Below, piece by piece: positions 1 to 8,311 of a DNA stretch of 64,000 nt. The position numbers and the translations under genes are program-made. The notes under the pieces are model-generated. The model was not told where the DNA came from. It was given only the letters and a program-made list of their open reading frames with translations, and searched no databases. The DNA is from an uncultured Alcanivoracaceae bacterium (GTDB lineage: Bacteria > Pseudomonadota > Gammaproteobacteria > Xanthomonadales > Marinicellaceae). Numbering within the stretch: position 1 is the first letter of the stretch; every line of letters begins with the position of its first letter. Location: the NCBI GenBank assembly GCA_964352735.1, contig CAYGTC010000007.1, positions 22,379-86,378 on the forward strand. Reading direction: 5' to 3'.

Positions 1-139
1 TAAAGACTTTTTCAACCTGTTGAGTTTTTATCTGTACTTCATTTGAATCGTGATGCTTTGCTTCAACTGGCTTTATATTACTGCTGATAAACGCAGCAAT
101 AACCATTAACACCATGCATTTTTTACTGATTGATATCAT
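1..139 (-). CDS. hypothetical secreted protein, N-terminal fragment (gene runs off the window start)
   Basis: The reverse complement reads ATG (139-137) then MISISKKCMVLMVIAAFISSNIKPVEAKHHDSNEVQIKTQQVEKVF, with no stop before the window edge. The N-terminus is hydrophobic and signal-peptide-like, and AAGG lies 7 nt upstream. It is absent from the ORF track because it is truncated. Confidence 0.3.
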   Translation of the reverse strand, partial: MISISKKCMVLMVIAAFISSNIKPVEAKHHDSNEVQIKTQQVEKVF

Positions 140-378
140 TTTTATACCTTATTTAGTTTGCGCATGCGATTTTATACCCATCATATTAACCAAACAATAG
201 GCTAATAGTCACTGAACATTGAAAATATTATTTTTTATGTTAATCACATGCAATGGGTCAATCTATTAACAACATCAACATACGCATTAATGTACTATTA
301 AGTACTTAATAATTTAAAATAAATATTTATTAACACAATTCATCATGCGCAGCTTTTTCGCACGATAATAAATTAAAT

Positions 379-537
379 GAGACCTCTGCATAAGTCTGGG
401 TCTTTGGAAAAAAGAATTGAAAAGTTCAAGTTCAAGGCAGGAAACGCTATGAATAGCTGGCTATTGATGAGTTTTCTAACGCAGAAATTGAGCTTTTCAA
501 ACTTTTTTACATGATTCACGACTTATGTAGAGGTCTC
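379..537. repeat. 159-bp imperfect palindromic intergenic element (MITE/ERIC-like)
   Basis: The termini GAGACCTCTGCATAAGTC (379-396) and GACTTATGTAGAGGTCTC (520-537) are reverse complements with one G/A (G-U compatible) mismatch. The arms stay similar inward for about 60 nt. The symmetry centre is AATAGC-TG-GCTATT (452-465). The right arm recurs at 17795-17855. Confidence 0.75.
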
Positions 538-843
538 TAAATTGTTATTACTGACTATAGACAATATTAAGTGCGATTGTAACAGTTGCGTTAAAAAGAC
601 AATTACATTAATATATTTTTACATTTTTGTACATTTTATTTGCAATAATCATCGCCATCAACTAAATTAACAAGCGCGACAATTTGGTATAGTTACCACT
701 ACCGATGCCATAGGTATTGTTCAAAAAGTCAATTACCGATGTGCGGGGCTGTCGTAATACTAGTCAAACTGACAACAATTGCGTCTATTACAAAGTGCAT
801 TTTTTATGCCGATAATGATTTAAAGTGCAACCCCACTGTACGG

Positions 844-880
844 AAAACCAAGTTCAAGTAATTTGAACTTGGTTTTTTTA
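844..880. terminator. bidirectional rho-independent terminator hairpin
   Basis: A 14-bp stem (AAAACCAAGTTCAA 844-857 with TTGAACTTGGTTTT 863-876) has loop GTAAT. An A-run and a T-run flank it. It abuts the stop codon (878-880) of the minus-strand LysM/FecR gene. Confidence 0.7.
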
Positions 881-2224
881 TTGAGCCATTATTTTATAAG
901 TGTATTGGGAAATATTATCAAGATGATCAACAGCTTTGACGACAAAAGTTTTTGCACCTGAAGAGAGTCTGACAGGTGCGTCATGCCAATCTTGCCACAA
1001 ACCATTATCCCACCGATAGTGAACGCTATTAACTCCTGACTGCCGATCATAACTGAGAATATTAAATATTGTATTGGGCGAAACAACCACAACCCCATCA
1101 ACAGTTTTTTTTGTACCCAAGACGTCCAAAGCAACCAGTGGACCAGCTTCATCTGCTGAAGCATCTGCAATCACTAATGATTGTGCTTGAGACCTAAACC
1201 CAACAATATCATTTTTATCTATTCCGGCTACTCTCCAATAGAATTGACCAGAACGATTAAGATCAGCGATTTGCCAGATATTATTGGTCACTTTTTTCTG
1301 CAGAACGACCTGATTACAATCAATATCAATACAAATTTCCACCAAATAACTGTCGGCCTTATTGATTCCTTTCCACAATAATTTTGGATTAGAATAATTG
1401 AACACATCATCCAGTTTAGACAACAGTGGCGCTTTTAATAATCTTGTTGGTTTCGGCGGCGCCTGTCCTTTCTTAACCTTCATACCCATGCCTTCTGCAA
1501 TGGCCACTTGTTTGCCAGCAGATTCTACTTGAGAGTCACCTTTATAAACCGAAATCACTGAATTCCCATCTTCTAAAACACCTGTTCTCAGCGCAGTTTT
1601 TATGCCTTTTTGTGTTGAAGGCTGTAATGTTGTTGACCCTGAAATAATGGAAATTTCAGATTTTGCTACATCAAGATTATCCCAACTTAATTCAGCATCA
1701 CCTTTGATAATTTCTATAGTTGCTGTATCTGTCCCGCGCAAAGTCGTCTCTCTTGATTGCAAAAATACTTGAGAAAATTCCAAAATTTTAAATTGTGATG
1801 CATTATTTAACTTTAATAAAACCGACGATTTATCAAAAGTTCTTACACCTTCTTTTTGAATCAGCTGATCCCCTTTTGATGCTTGCAACCAATCACCAGT
1901 GTTCTTTTTTCTTTGCACTTTATTAACAACTTCAAGCATGGTTGCTTTTTGCGCAGGTATTTCTCGTTGTTTGATAATGATCAACTCTTCACCTATGGTC
2001 AAAACATGGGGGTCTTGAATATGGGGATTGAGTTTCCAGTTTTCTTTCCACAATATATCGGTTCCTAAATAGCTTCTGGTAATTGAATGTAAGGTCTCAC
2101 CTGATTTAACGGTATGCGTGATTTTGGTATCAATAACCTGAGCATAGACAAACATATATGGGTTTAACATGACAATCAGCACAATCAATAACAACTGATA
2201 TTTTGTTTTATTATTTTCCATCAT
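878..2224 (-). CDS. secreted LysM + FecR-like domain protein with C-terminal Ig-like module
   Basis: 448-aa ORF with an N-terminal signal/anchor (LLLIVLIVMLNPYMFVYAQ) and a LysM-like block (HTVKSGETLHSITRSYLGTDILWKENWKLNP...LTIGEELII). The central region resembles FecR sensor domains (IEIIKGDAELSW...VISVYKGDSQVESAGKQVAIAEGMGMKVKKGQAPPKP). The tail has an AVDHLDN Ig-like motif. It overlaps the upstream gene by 14 nt. Confidence 0.6.
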   Translation of the reverse strand: MMENNKTKYQLLLIVLIVMLNPYMFVYAQVIDTKITHTVKSGETLHSITRSYLGTDILWKENWKLNPHIQDPHVLTIGEELIIIKQREIPAQKATMLEVVNKVQRKKNTGDWLQASKGDQLIQKEGVRTFDKSSVLLKLNNASQFKILEFSQVFLQSRETTLRGTDTATIEIIKGDAELSWDNLDVAKSEISIISGSTTLQPSTQKGIKTALRTGVLEDGNSVISVYKGDSQVESAGKQVAIAEGMGMKVKKGQAPPKPTRLLKAPLLSKLDDVFNYSNPKLLWKGINKADSYLVEICIDIDCNQVVLQKKVTNNIWQIADLNRSGQFYWRVAGIDKNDIVGFRSQAQSLVIADASADEAGPLVALDVLGTKKTVDGVVVVSPNTIFNILSYDRQSGVNSVHYRWDNGLWQDWHDAPVRLSSGAKTFVVKAVDHLDNISQYTYKIMAQ

Positions 2225-3293
2225 TTTTTGCTCTGAATTTTAATTTTGTTTTCACTTTATTTCCAAATTGATCTTCTGCTATGACTTTAATGAAATTGCG
2301 TCCTCTTTTAAAAAAAGTGAAATTTTGCGGTAAAGGCTCCCACTGTTTTCGAACACTGAAATATTTGGCATATTTTAGTGATGTGTCATCTTCCACTGTA
2401 AGAAATATGTCTTGGTTGGTATTAACAATATACTTATGTCTTTTGGTGTCTAACGTTTGACCATCAATTTTGATTATAATGCTTGGTTTTTTATCATCAA
2501 CATTCCAAGCTATCGTTTCAGTGCTGCTATTACCAAGCTTATCCTCAGCCACCAATACACTGTTATTTTTGACTTTCATCTCAACTGAGTTACCATTAAT
2601 TTTATCGCCATTTAAGGTAAGTGAAGTCACTCCTACATCATCGATTGCTTCAACTCTTATCTGAGCTTTTGAACCAGCCAACCACTTTCCATTCTGCTTT
2701 ACAGCAGGCCCCAGCAACTCCCAATTGAATTGTGGCCCTTGAAAGTCAGCAATTAACCTTTCTTGTTTGATGTTTTCATTGCCAAAATAATCACTCGCTT
2801 TTACCGTAACAAGAGACGAATCTTTGGAAAATTCAACGCCCTGCTCATTATCTACGGCTTCACCATCAATCTGCACTGAAACATTACCTGAATCATCAAC
2901 AGCAACCCATTTCATCCTACTTTTAGGGCCAACAATTGTTTTATCACCCTTGTTAAATGTATTTGACCAAGTCAAATCTATGTCAGGCCCTATATCATCA
3001 ATCAATAAAATATTATCATTCGATTTAAGTTCTTTTGCCCCTTGCACTTGGATATCATGAACAACAATCCTATCCTGAGCATCTTTTATTAACAATTGAT
3101 ATTGACCAGCAGCCAAATCATTCAAACCTTCATCAATCGATTTAAAAACTCCACCATTGATGGCCCAAGTATTTGAATCTACCAACTGCAGCTGATTAAC
3201 AATATCTTTGGCCGATGAGAAGGTTAACGATTGCGCATTAATGTGAGTCGTTGCGATTATCAGACATGACAGTAGTATTTTCACTGCTTGCAT
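2211..3293 (-). CDS. secreted protein with tandem Ig-like repeats
   Basis: 360-aa ORF with a strong SD (TAAGGAG, 7 nt upstream of ATG 3293) and signal peptide MQAVKILLSCLIIATTHINAQS. Beta-sandwich-type motifs recur: VAVDDSGN, ASDYFGN, AIDDVGV, AEDKLGN, AEDQFGN. Confidence 0.5.
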   Translation of the reverse strand: MQAVKILLSCLIIATTHINAQSLTFSSAKDIVNQLQLVDSNTWAINGGVFKSIDEGLNDLAAGQYQLLIKDAQDRIVVHDIQVQGAKELKSNDNILLIDDIGPDIDLTWSNTFNKGDKTIVGPKSRMKWVAVDDSGNVSVQIDGEAVDNEQGVEFSKDSSLVTVKASDYFGNENIKQERLIADFQGPQFNWELLGPAVKQNGKWLAGSKAQIRVEAIDDVGVTSLTLNGDKINGNSVEMKVKNNSVLVAEDKLGNSSTETIAWNVDDKKPSIIIKIDGQTLDTKRHKYIVNTNQDIFLTVEDDTSLKYAKYFSVRKQWEPLPQNFTFFKRGRNFIKVIAEDQFGNKVKTKLKFRAKNDGK

Positions 3294-5190
3294 AAATAAG
3301 CTCCTTAGATGATTGAATGCCTGCTAACTTGGCATTCCAATGTGGTTTTTGTGGCGCTGCATCGGAAATCATGCGTGCTACTTCAGCTGCTGTTTCTGGT
3401 CGATTATCAGGGTTTTTATCCAACAATTTCAGAATTACTGTTATTAACTTTTCGGATTGTTTTGTAATCATTTTCTCTGGAAATAAAACTTTTTTAATAA
3501 GTGTATTACTTCTGGTTGTGTGCACTTTCTTAGCCAGGAAAGGGTTTTTACCTAACAAACATGTTGCAATCAATGCCCCCAAAGCAAATAAATCACTTTT
3601 CACGCTGACTGTTCCATGCTCATATATTTCAGGGGCAATGTATCCACTTGTTCCAGTCACATGATCTTTGGTTAAAGTTTGCAATAATGCTGTTGTGCCA
3701 AAATCAGTGATTTTAATGTCGCCATTAATGCCCAATAAAATATTTTCAGGTTTGATATCTCTATGCACAAAACCAAGTTCATGTGCACTATGCAGACCTT
3801 TAGATATGGCAATGGCGATGACTATGGTGTGTTCAATTGTTAATCTTTTATTTCTGTGTACAAAAGCATGCAAGGTTTCTCCATCAATGTATTCCATGGC
3901 AATAAAAGCAGTGGTATTAGTCGAGACCACATCAAATATGGAAACGACATTACGATGAGATATTCTGGCAGCAGTAATCGCCTCCTGAACCAACGTTTCA
4001 CTCATATTCCTGCGACTACCAAATGCACTCTTTATGGGCAATGTTTTTAAAGCCACATGTCTTTTTAACCTAGGGTCCCAACCCAAAAATACCGATCCCA
4101 TACCGCCCATACCAATTTGACTGATCACTTGATAACGATCAACAAAAATCTGACTCAAGGCATTTCTATTATCTATGTGTTTACTGATGGTTTCAAAACT
4201 TTTTTCTAAAGCTGTTACCTCACTGCCTTGCCATTGGCCTTGTTGAGTTTGTTCACCCAAGAGACTTTGGTAAGCATTAATGACTCTTCTTAATGGTTTA
4301 ACCCAAGAAATATAAGCCCAAAGTATTAAAAATATCATGGCCATCAGGATAAAAATAAAAACTTTACGAGCAGTGTCAACCATTTTACTGGCTGCTGCTT
4401 CGGCAAATTTTACAGGTTGTCTAGATATGATTGACCACTCTACGTTCTTAATTGAGGCTATGGCAAATATGCTTTTTTGTCCTTCTAGTTCATAACGATT
4501 GGCAGAATCAATTATATTCCCAGATCTGAGTTGTTGAGATAAAGACTTTGGAAGAGCGAACGCACCTTGTCCTGAGTGCTTTATTAAAAGCCCATCATTT
4601 TCAATCAATGACAAACTTGCAAAGTCCCCCAATAAACTTGGATTAAGCACATCATCAATCTTTAGGGATAATAAAGCAGAGAGATACACTTGTGGTCTGG
4701 CAGTTTTTACATGAATAACCAACTGCCTCTGATTTGTTAGAGAGACCAAAAAAATGGGTTGATCAATCTTTTTTGTGATCAGATCCTGGGCTACTTGAGA
4801 ATCTACTTGGTTTTTTTTAACCAACTGAATAATATTATTTTGAGTACTGATTTCTCGCGTTACCAACCCAATCGCATTGATATTATTTTGCGCAATTAAC
4901 GTTGACTTTAATAATTCTGCAGCACCTTCGGAATCTGGTTGCAAATAAATCGTCGGATTATTGCCCAAGGCTTCAAGTGTTGTGATGTATTGATCAAGCA
5001 AGTTCTCCATTCTATCTGCCGTAGCCCTAGAAACGATCATATGAGATTTTTGCGATTGATTAATGATCGCTTCTTGTGAATTGTTAATTTGGTACCATGA
5101 TAACAAAAAAGGTAAAATTCCCATTGCCAATAAAGTTAAAAATACCCAAATAATGATAGACCTATTTTTAAATTGCACTCTACACCCCAA
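3238..5190 (-). CDS. transmembrane Hanks-type Ser/Thr protein kinase with N-terminal extracytoplasmic Cache-like sensor
   Basis: TM1 (IIIWVFLTLLAMGILPFLL) is followed by a ~240-aa predicted periplasmic region and TM2 (VFIFILMAMIFLILWAYISWV). All kinase motifs are present: GMGGMGSV, VALK, HRDIKPENILL, DFG, GTSGYIAPE, DNRP. There is no in-frame ATG at the 5' end, so the start is TTG 5190 or GTG 5178. Confidence 0.85.
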   Translation of the reverse strand: MGCRVQFKNRSIIIWVFLTLLAMGILPFLLSWYQINNSQEAIINQSQKSHMIVSRATADRMENLLDQYITTLEALGNNPTIYLQPDSEGAAELLKSTLIAQNNINAIGLVTREISTQNNIIQLVKKNQVDSQVAQDLITKKIDQPIFLVSLTNQRQLVIHVKTARPQVYLSALLSLKIDDVLNPSLLGDFASLSLIENDGLLIKHSGQGAFALPKSLSQQLRSGNIIDSANRYELEGQKSIFAIASIKNVEWSIISRQPVKFAEAAASKMVDTARKVFIFILMAMIFLILWAYISWVKPLRRVINAYQSLLGEQTQQGQWQGSEVTALEKSFETISKHIDNRNALSQIFVDRYQVISQIGMGGMGSVFLGWDPRLKRHVALKTLPIKSAFGSRRNMSETLVQEAITAARISHRNVVSIFDVVSTNTTAFIAMEYIDGETLHAFVHRNKRLTIEHTIVIAIAISKGLHSAHELGFVHRDIKPENILLGINGDIKITDFGTTALLQTLTKDHVTGTSGYIAPEIYEHGTVSVKSDLFALGALIATCLLGKNPFLAKKVHTTRSNTLIKKVLFPEKMITKQSEKLITVILKLLDKNPDNRPETAAEVARMISDAAPQKPHWNAKLAGIQSSKELIYASSENTTVMSDNRNDSH

Positions 5191-5492
5191 AATTCAATGT
5201 CGACATTATAAAGAATTTTACTCAACTGAGGTATCAAATTAACGTTTCTTTACAATTTATTCAATATATTTTTTGTGACGCATATCACAAATAAAAATAA
5301 ATAAATATAAGTTATTGTAATGCAATCTATTTATTGTATTTTGATTTTTACACTTAATTTAAATATCCCTAATAATCTAACCCTTGGTCATCCGTGAATT
5401 TATTTGGTGGCTATCAATCGCATTCTGAGGAAGATCAAACTCATCAATCTCATGCAGTGCTAAACTTTCCAACGAGCACAGCGATCAAACTG

Positions 5493-5532
5493 AAAGTAAC
5501 AAAGTAACAAAGTAACAAAGTAACAAAGTAAC
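5493..5532. repeat. perfect tandem octamer repeat (AAAGTAAC) x5
   Basis: Five uninterrupted copies were read directly. They lie in the 419-bp gap between the nlpD stop and the kinase operon start. Confidence 0.95.
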
Positions 5533-5609
5533 ATTTTATATAAAAACTCTTAAAATAGCACCCGTAATTGAAAAGAGAGTAAAAACCTGAAATAGCTCAA
5601 TAAATAAAG

Positions 5610-6551
5610 CTATTTTTTAGGCAAATATTTCAAAGGGTTAACGGGTTGGCCATTTTTTCTGATTTCAAAATGCAGTAACGATTTACCATCATTGCCCTTA
5701 CCAGATTTAGCAATATGTTGGCCTTGTTTAACTGTTTGTCCTTCTTTGACCAATCTTTGAGAATTATGTGCATAGGCACTGAGAAGATTATCGGTGTGTT
5801 TGATAATGATCAACTCTCCATAACCTCTTAGACCGTCACCACTGTAGACCACCGTTCCATTATTGGTAGCCACTACAGTTGTGCCTTGACTGGCACTAAT
5901 ATCGATGCCTTTCCTAGACACATCTGCAGCAGAAAAGGTACTGATAACACGTCCATTAAGAGGCCACACCCATTTTGAACTGGCAGGTTTGACTGGCTGA
6001 GTTACTGGTTTTTTTACAATTGGCCGTGATTGAGGCTTATTCACAGGTTTAGTCACTGGTTTTTTTGCCACTGGCTTTGTAACATTAGGCTTTTTTGAGA
6101 CTTGAATAGGTTTCTTTACCGCAGGCTTTTTATTGTAGTTTTGCTTGGGTATTTTTGCTGGAGGTGTTGTTTTTCTAACAACAGTACCTATGGGTTTCGG
6201 TTTGATGCGAACAGGATGTGATCGGGCTTGCGCTACTTGGTTCCTTTGACGGCCTTTTGATTTTTTTAATCGCAGTTTTTGCCCAGGATAAATGTTATAG
6301 GGTGACTTTATTCGATTAATGCTGGCCAATTTTTTATAATCAATGCTGTATTTAAAACCCAAAGCATAAAGCGTATCACCTTTTCTAACAACCACCTCAT
6401 CAGGCACAAATCGTTTGGTCATTCTCTTTTGATGAACCCGATTGTATTTTCGAGGCTTGACTTCCTTAACAGGTGCAGGTGAATGAGGAGAGCAAGACGT
6501 CATAAGAACAAAGCTCAATAATATCAAACTGTGTAAAACAGCAGACCTCAT
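5610..6551 (-). CDS. nlpD: murein hydrolase activator NlpD (LysM + degenerate M23 peptidase lipoprotein)
   Basis: Lipoprotein-type signal (LMTSC), a LysM block (VVRKGDTLYALGFKYSIDYKKLASINRI) and a K/P-rich linker. The M23 domain has degenerate metal ligands (KGIDI, LLHFEI), as in E. coli NlpD. It follows surE-pcm. Confidence 0.85.
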   Translation of the reverse strand: MRSAVLHSLILLSFVLMTSCSPHSPAPVKEVKPRKYNRVHQKRMTKRFVPDEVVVRKGDTLYALGFKYSIDYKKLASINRIKSPYNIYPGQKLRLKKSKGRQRNQVAQARSHPVRIKPKPIGTVVRKTTPPAKIPKQNYNKKPAVKKPIQVSKKPNVTKPVAKKPVTKPVNKPQSRPIVKKPVTQPVKPASSKWVWPLNGRVISTFSAADVSRKGIDISASQGTTVVATNNGTVVYSGDGLRGYGELIIIKHTDNLLSAYAHNSQRLVKEGQTVKQGQHIAKSGKGNDGKSLLHFEIRKNGQPVNPLKYLPKK

Positions 6552-7207
6552 CCGCGTATCACACCCTCTAAAAATGGTACGAACATGACCGGTTCCAATT
6601 TATCGGTATAATAACCATTTTCAGTTTTAGTAATTTTAAACAAATTCTGTTGACGATTATCACCCACTGGCAAAATCATTACACCACCAACACACAATTG
6701 ATTCATCAGTGATTCAGGGATTTTTTCAGGTGCAGCAGTAGCGATGATAACATCATATGGCGCCTCATTTGGCCACCCTTCAAATCCATCACCTGTTTTT
6801 GTTCTGACGTTCAAATAACCCAATTTTATGAATCGCCTTCTTGCCATTCTGGTCAAATCATCAATTCTTTCAACACTGAAAACTTGTGGCACCAATTGGC
6901 CCAATATGGCCGCTTGGTAACCTGAGCCAGTACCCACTTCCAGAATCTTTTTTGGGTTTTGTTCAACAACAATTTCTGTCATTTTAGCAACCACCCATGG
7001 TTGTGAAATCGTTTGGCCATAATTGATCGGTAAAGCCGTATCTTCATATGCTCTATGTGACATAGCCTCATCCATAAACAAATGTCTTGGTACTTTGGCC
7101 ATTGCAGCCAGCACTTTTTCATTGTTGATGCCTTTTTCTCGCAACCTTACAACCATACGATCACGAGTACGTTGTGAAGTCATGCCTATACCAATTGCTG
7201 CATTCAT
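6548..7207 (-). CDS. pcm: protein-L-isoaspartate O-methyltransferase
   Basis: 219 aa with SAM-binding motif [12 protein letters not shown] and the QTISQP motif. It has 4-nt overlaps with surE and nlpD. Confidence 0.95.
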   Translation of the reverse strand: MNAAIGIGMTSQRTRDRMVVRLREKGINNEKVLAAMAKVPRHLFMDEAMSHRAYEDTALPINYGQTISQPWVVAKMTEIVVEQNPKKILEVGTGSGYQAAILGQLVPQVFSVERIDDLTRMARRRFIKLGYLNVRTKTGDGFEGWPNEAPYDVIIATAAPEKIPESLMNQLCVGGVMILPVGDNRQQNLFKITKTENGYYTDKLEPVMFVPFLEGVIRG

Positions 7208-7959
7208 TGAATCAAATCACTCCACTTTCTCAATGCTTCTAATGCACTGTGTTTGGTCATATCAACTTTCATGGGTGTGATCGACACGTAACCATTTTTA
7301 ACCGCATGAAAATCAGTGCCTTCACCGGCATCTGCCTCAGCACCTGCAGCGCCAATCCAATAAATTTTACGCCCCCTTGGGTCTGTATCTTTGATGGCAC
7401 TTTCCGCTTTATGCCTATTGCCTAGTCTGGTAATTTTTACGCCTTTAACCTGATCGATAGGAACATTCGGAAAATTGATATTTAAGATACTGTCATCAGG
7501 CAGCGCATTGGTTTTAATGTGCTTGATGATTTTCTTGATATAATGCTGAGCCGTATCAAAATATCGCGGCTGACCATGCTTTGTCGCCAATGATAATGCT
7601 AAAGCAGGCAAACCCAAATATCGCCCTTCTATGGCAGCAGCCACAGTACCAGAATACAACACATCATCACCAAGATTCGCAGCATTGTTGATTCCGGAAA
7701 CAACCATATCAGGCTCTTCTGTCATAACACCAGTTAAAGCCATATGCACACAATCTGTGGGCGTCCCATTAACTGAATACCAACCATCAGACACTTGGTG
7801 TATACGAATAGGCCTATCTAAAGTCAAGGAATTACTGGCACCCGATCGATCTCGGTTCGGCGCAAAAACCGTAACTTGACCCATGTCATTCAATGTCTCA
7901 GATAACAACTTAATGCCAGTTGCAAAAACGCCATCATCATTACTGATTAAAAAGTGCAT
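7204..7959 (-). CDS. surE: 5'/3'-nucleotidase SurE
   Basis: 251 aa with the N-terminal ISNDDG motif and [22 protein letters not shown]. It sits in the surE-pcm-nlpD order. Confidence 0.95.
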   Translation of the reverse strand: MHFLISNDDGVFATGIKLLSETLNDMGQVTVFAPNRDRSGASNSLTLDRPIRIHQVSDGWYSVNGTPTDCVHMALTGVMTEEPDMVVSGINNAANLGDDVLYSGTVAAAIEGRYLGLPALALSLATKHGQPRYFDTAQHYIKKIIKHIKTNALPDDSILNINFPNVPIDQVKGVKITRLGNRHKAESAIKDTDPRGRKIYWIGAAGAEADAGEGTDFHAVKNGYVSITPMKVDMTKHSALEALRKWSDLIQ

Positions 7960-8311
7960 AACAGATGTATTTAAAAAGGATTTATTATAGGTTACCTCTA
8001 TTAATTAATCAATCAACTCAGCTCGACATTGGGCAAGCATTATCAATGTTATCGTATTCTTATTAATAACACTCACAATTAAGAAAATATCGTCAGATTT
8101 CGACACCACTGTTACCAAAAATGGCTTACATCGATGCTGAATTAAGTCAATAAAAAATCCCTTTGCATCGCAAATGATATTAAGTAAAAGGCAATAATCG
8201 CAGTCACTATTTTTCAGTACAAATAGTAAAATAATTTTATTTTCTTTGTTTTGTTCATTCTTTTCATTTAGTGTGTAAAATGATGGTTTATTGTCATAAA
8301 TTTTTATCCCG

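Noticed and set aside
377-520. 47-aa ORF (MRPLHKSGSLEKRIEKF...) spanning the palindromic element
   Set aside because: Conservation with the second copy at 17.8 kb extends beyond the ORF stop, and only one arm is conserved. This points to a DNA/RNA-level element rather than a peptide. No SD is present.
743-760. GGGGCTG motif resembling a tmRNA 5' end
   Set aside because: The following sequence lacks the tmRNA acceptor/T-arm partner, the tag reading frame and the ...CCACCA 3' end.
889-1170. 93-aa ORF nested in a different frame of the same strand within the LysM/FecR gene, along with similar small ORFs antisense to the kinase (3317-3664, 3668-3958)
   Set aside because: They are nested within longer ORFs that carry clear domain motifs, and they have no independent signals.
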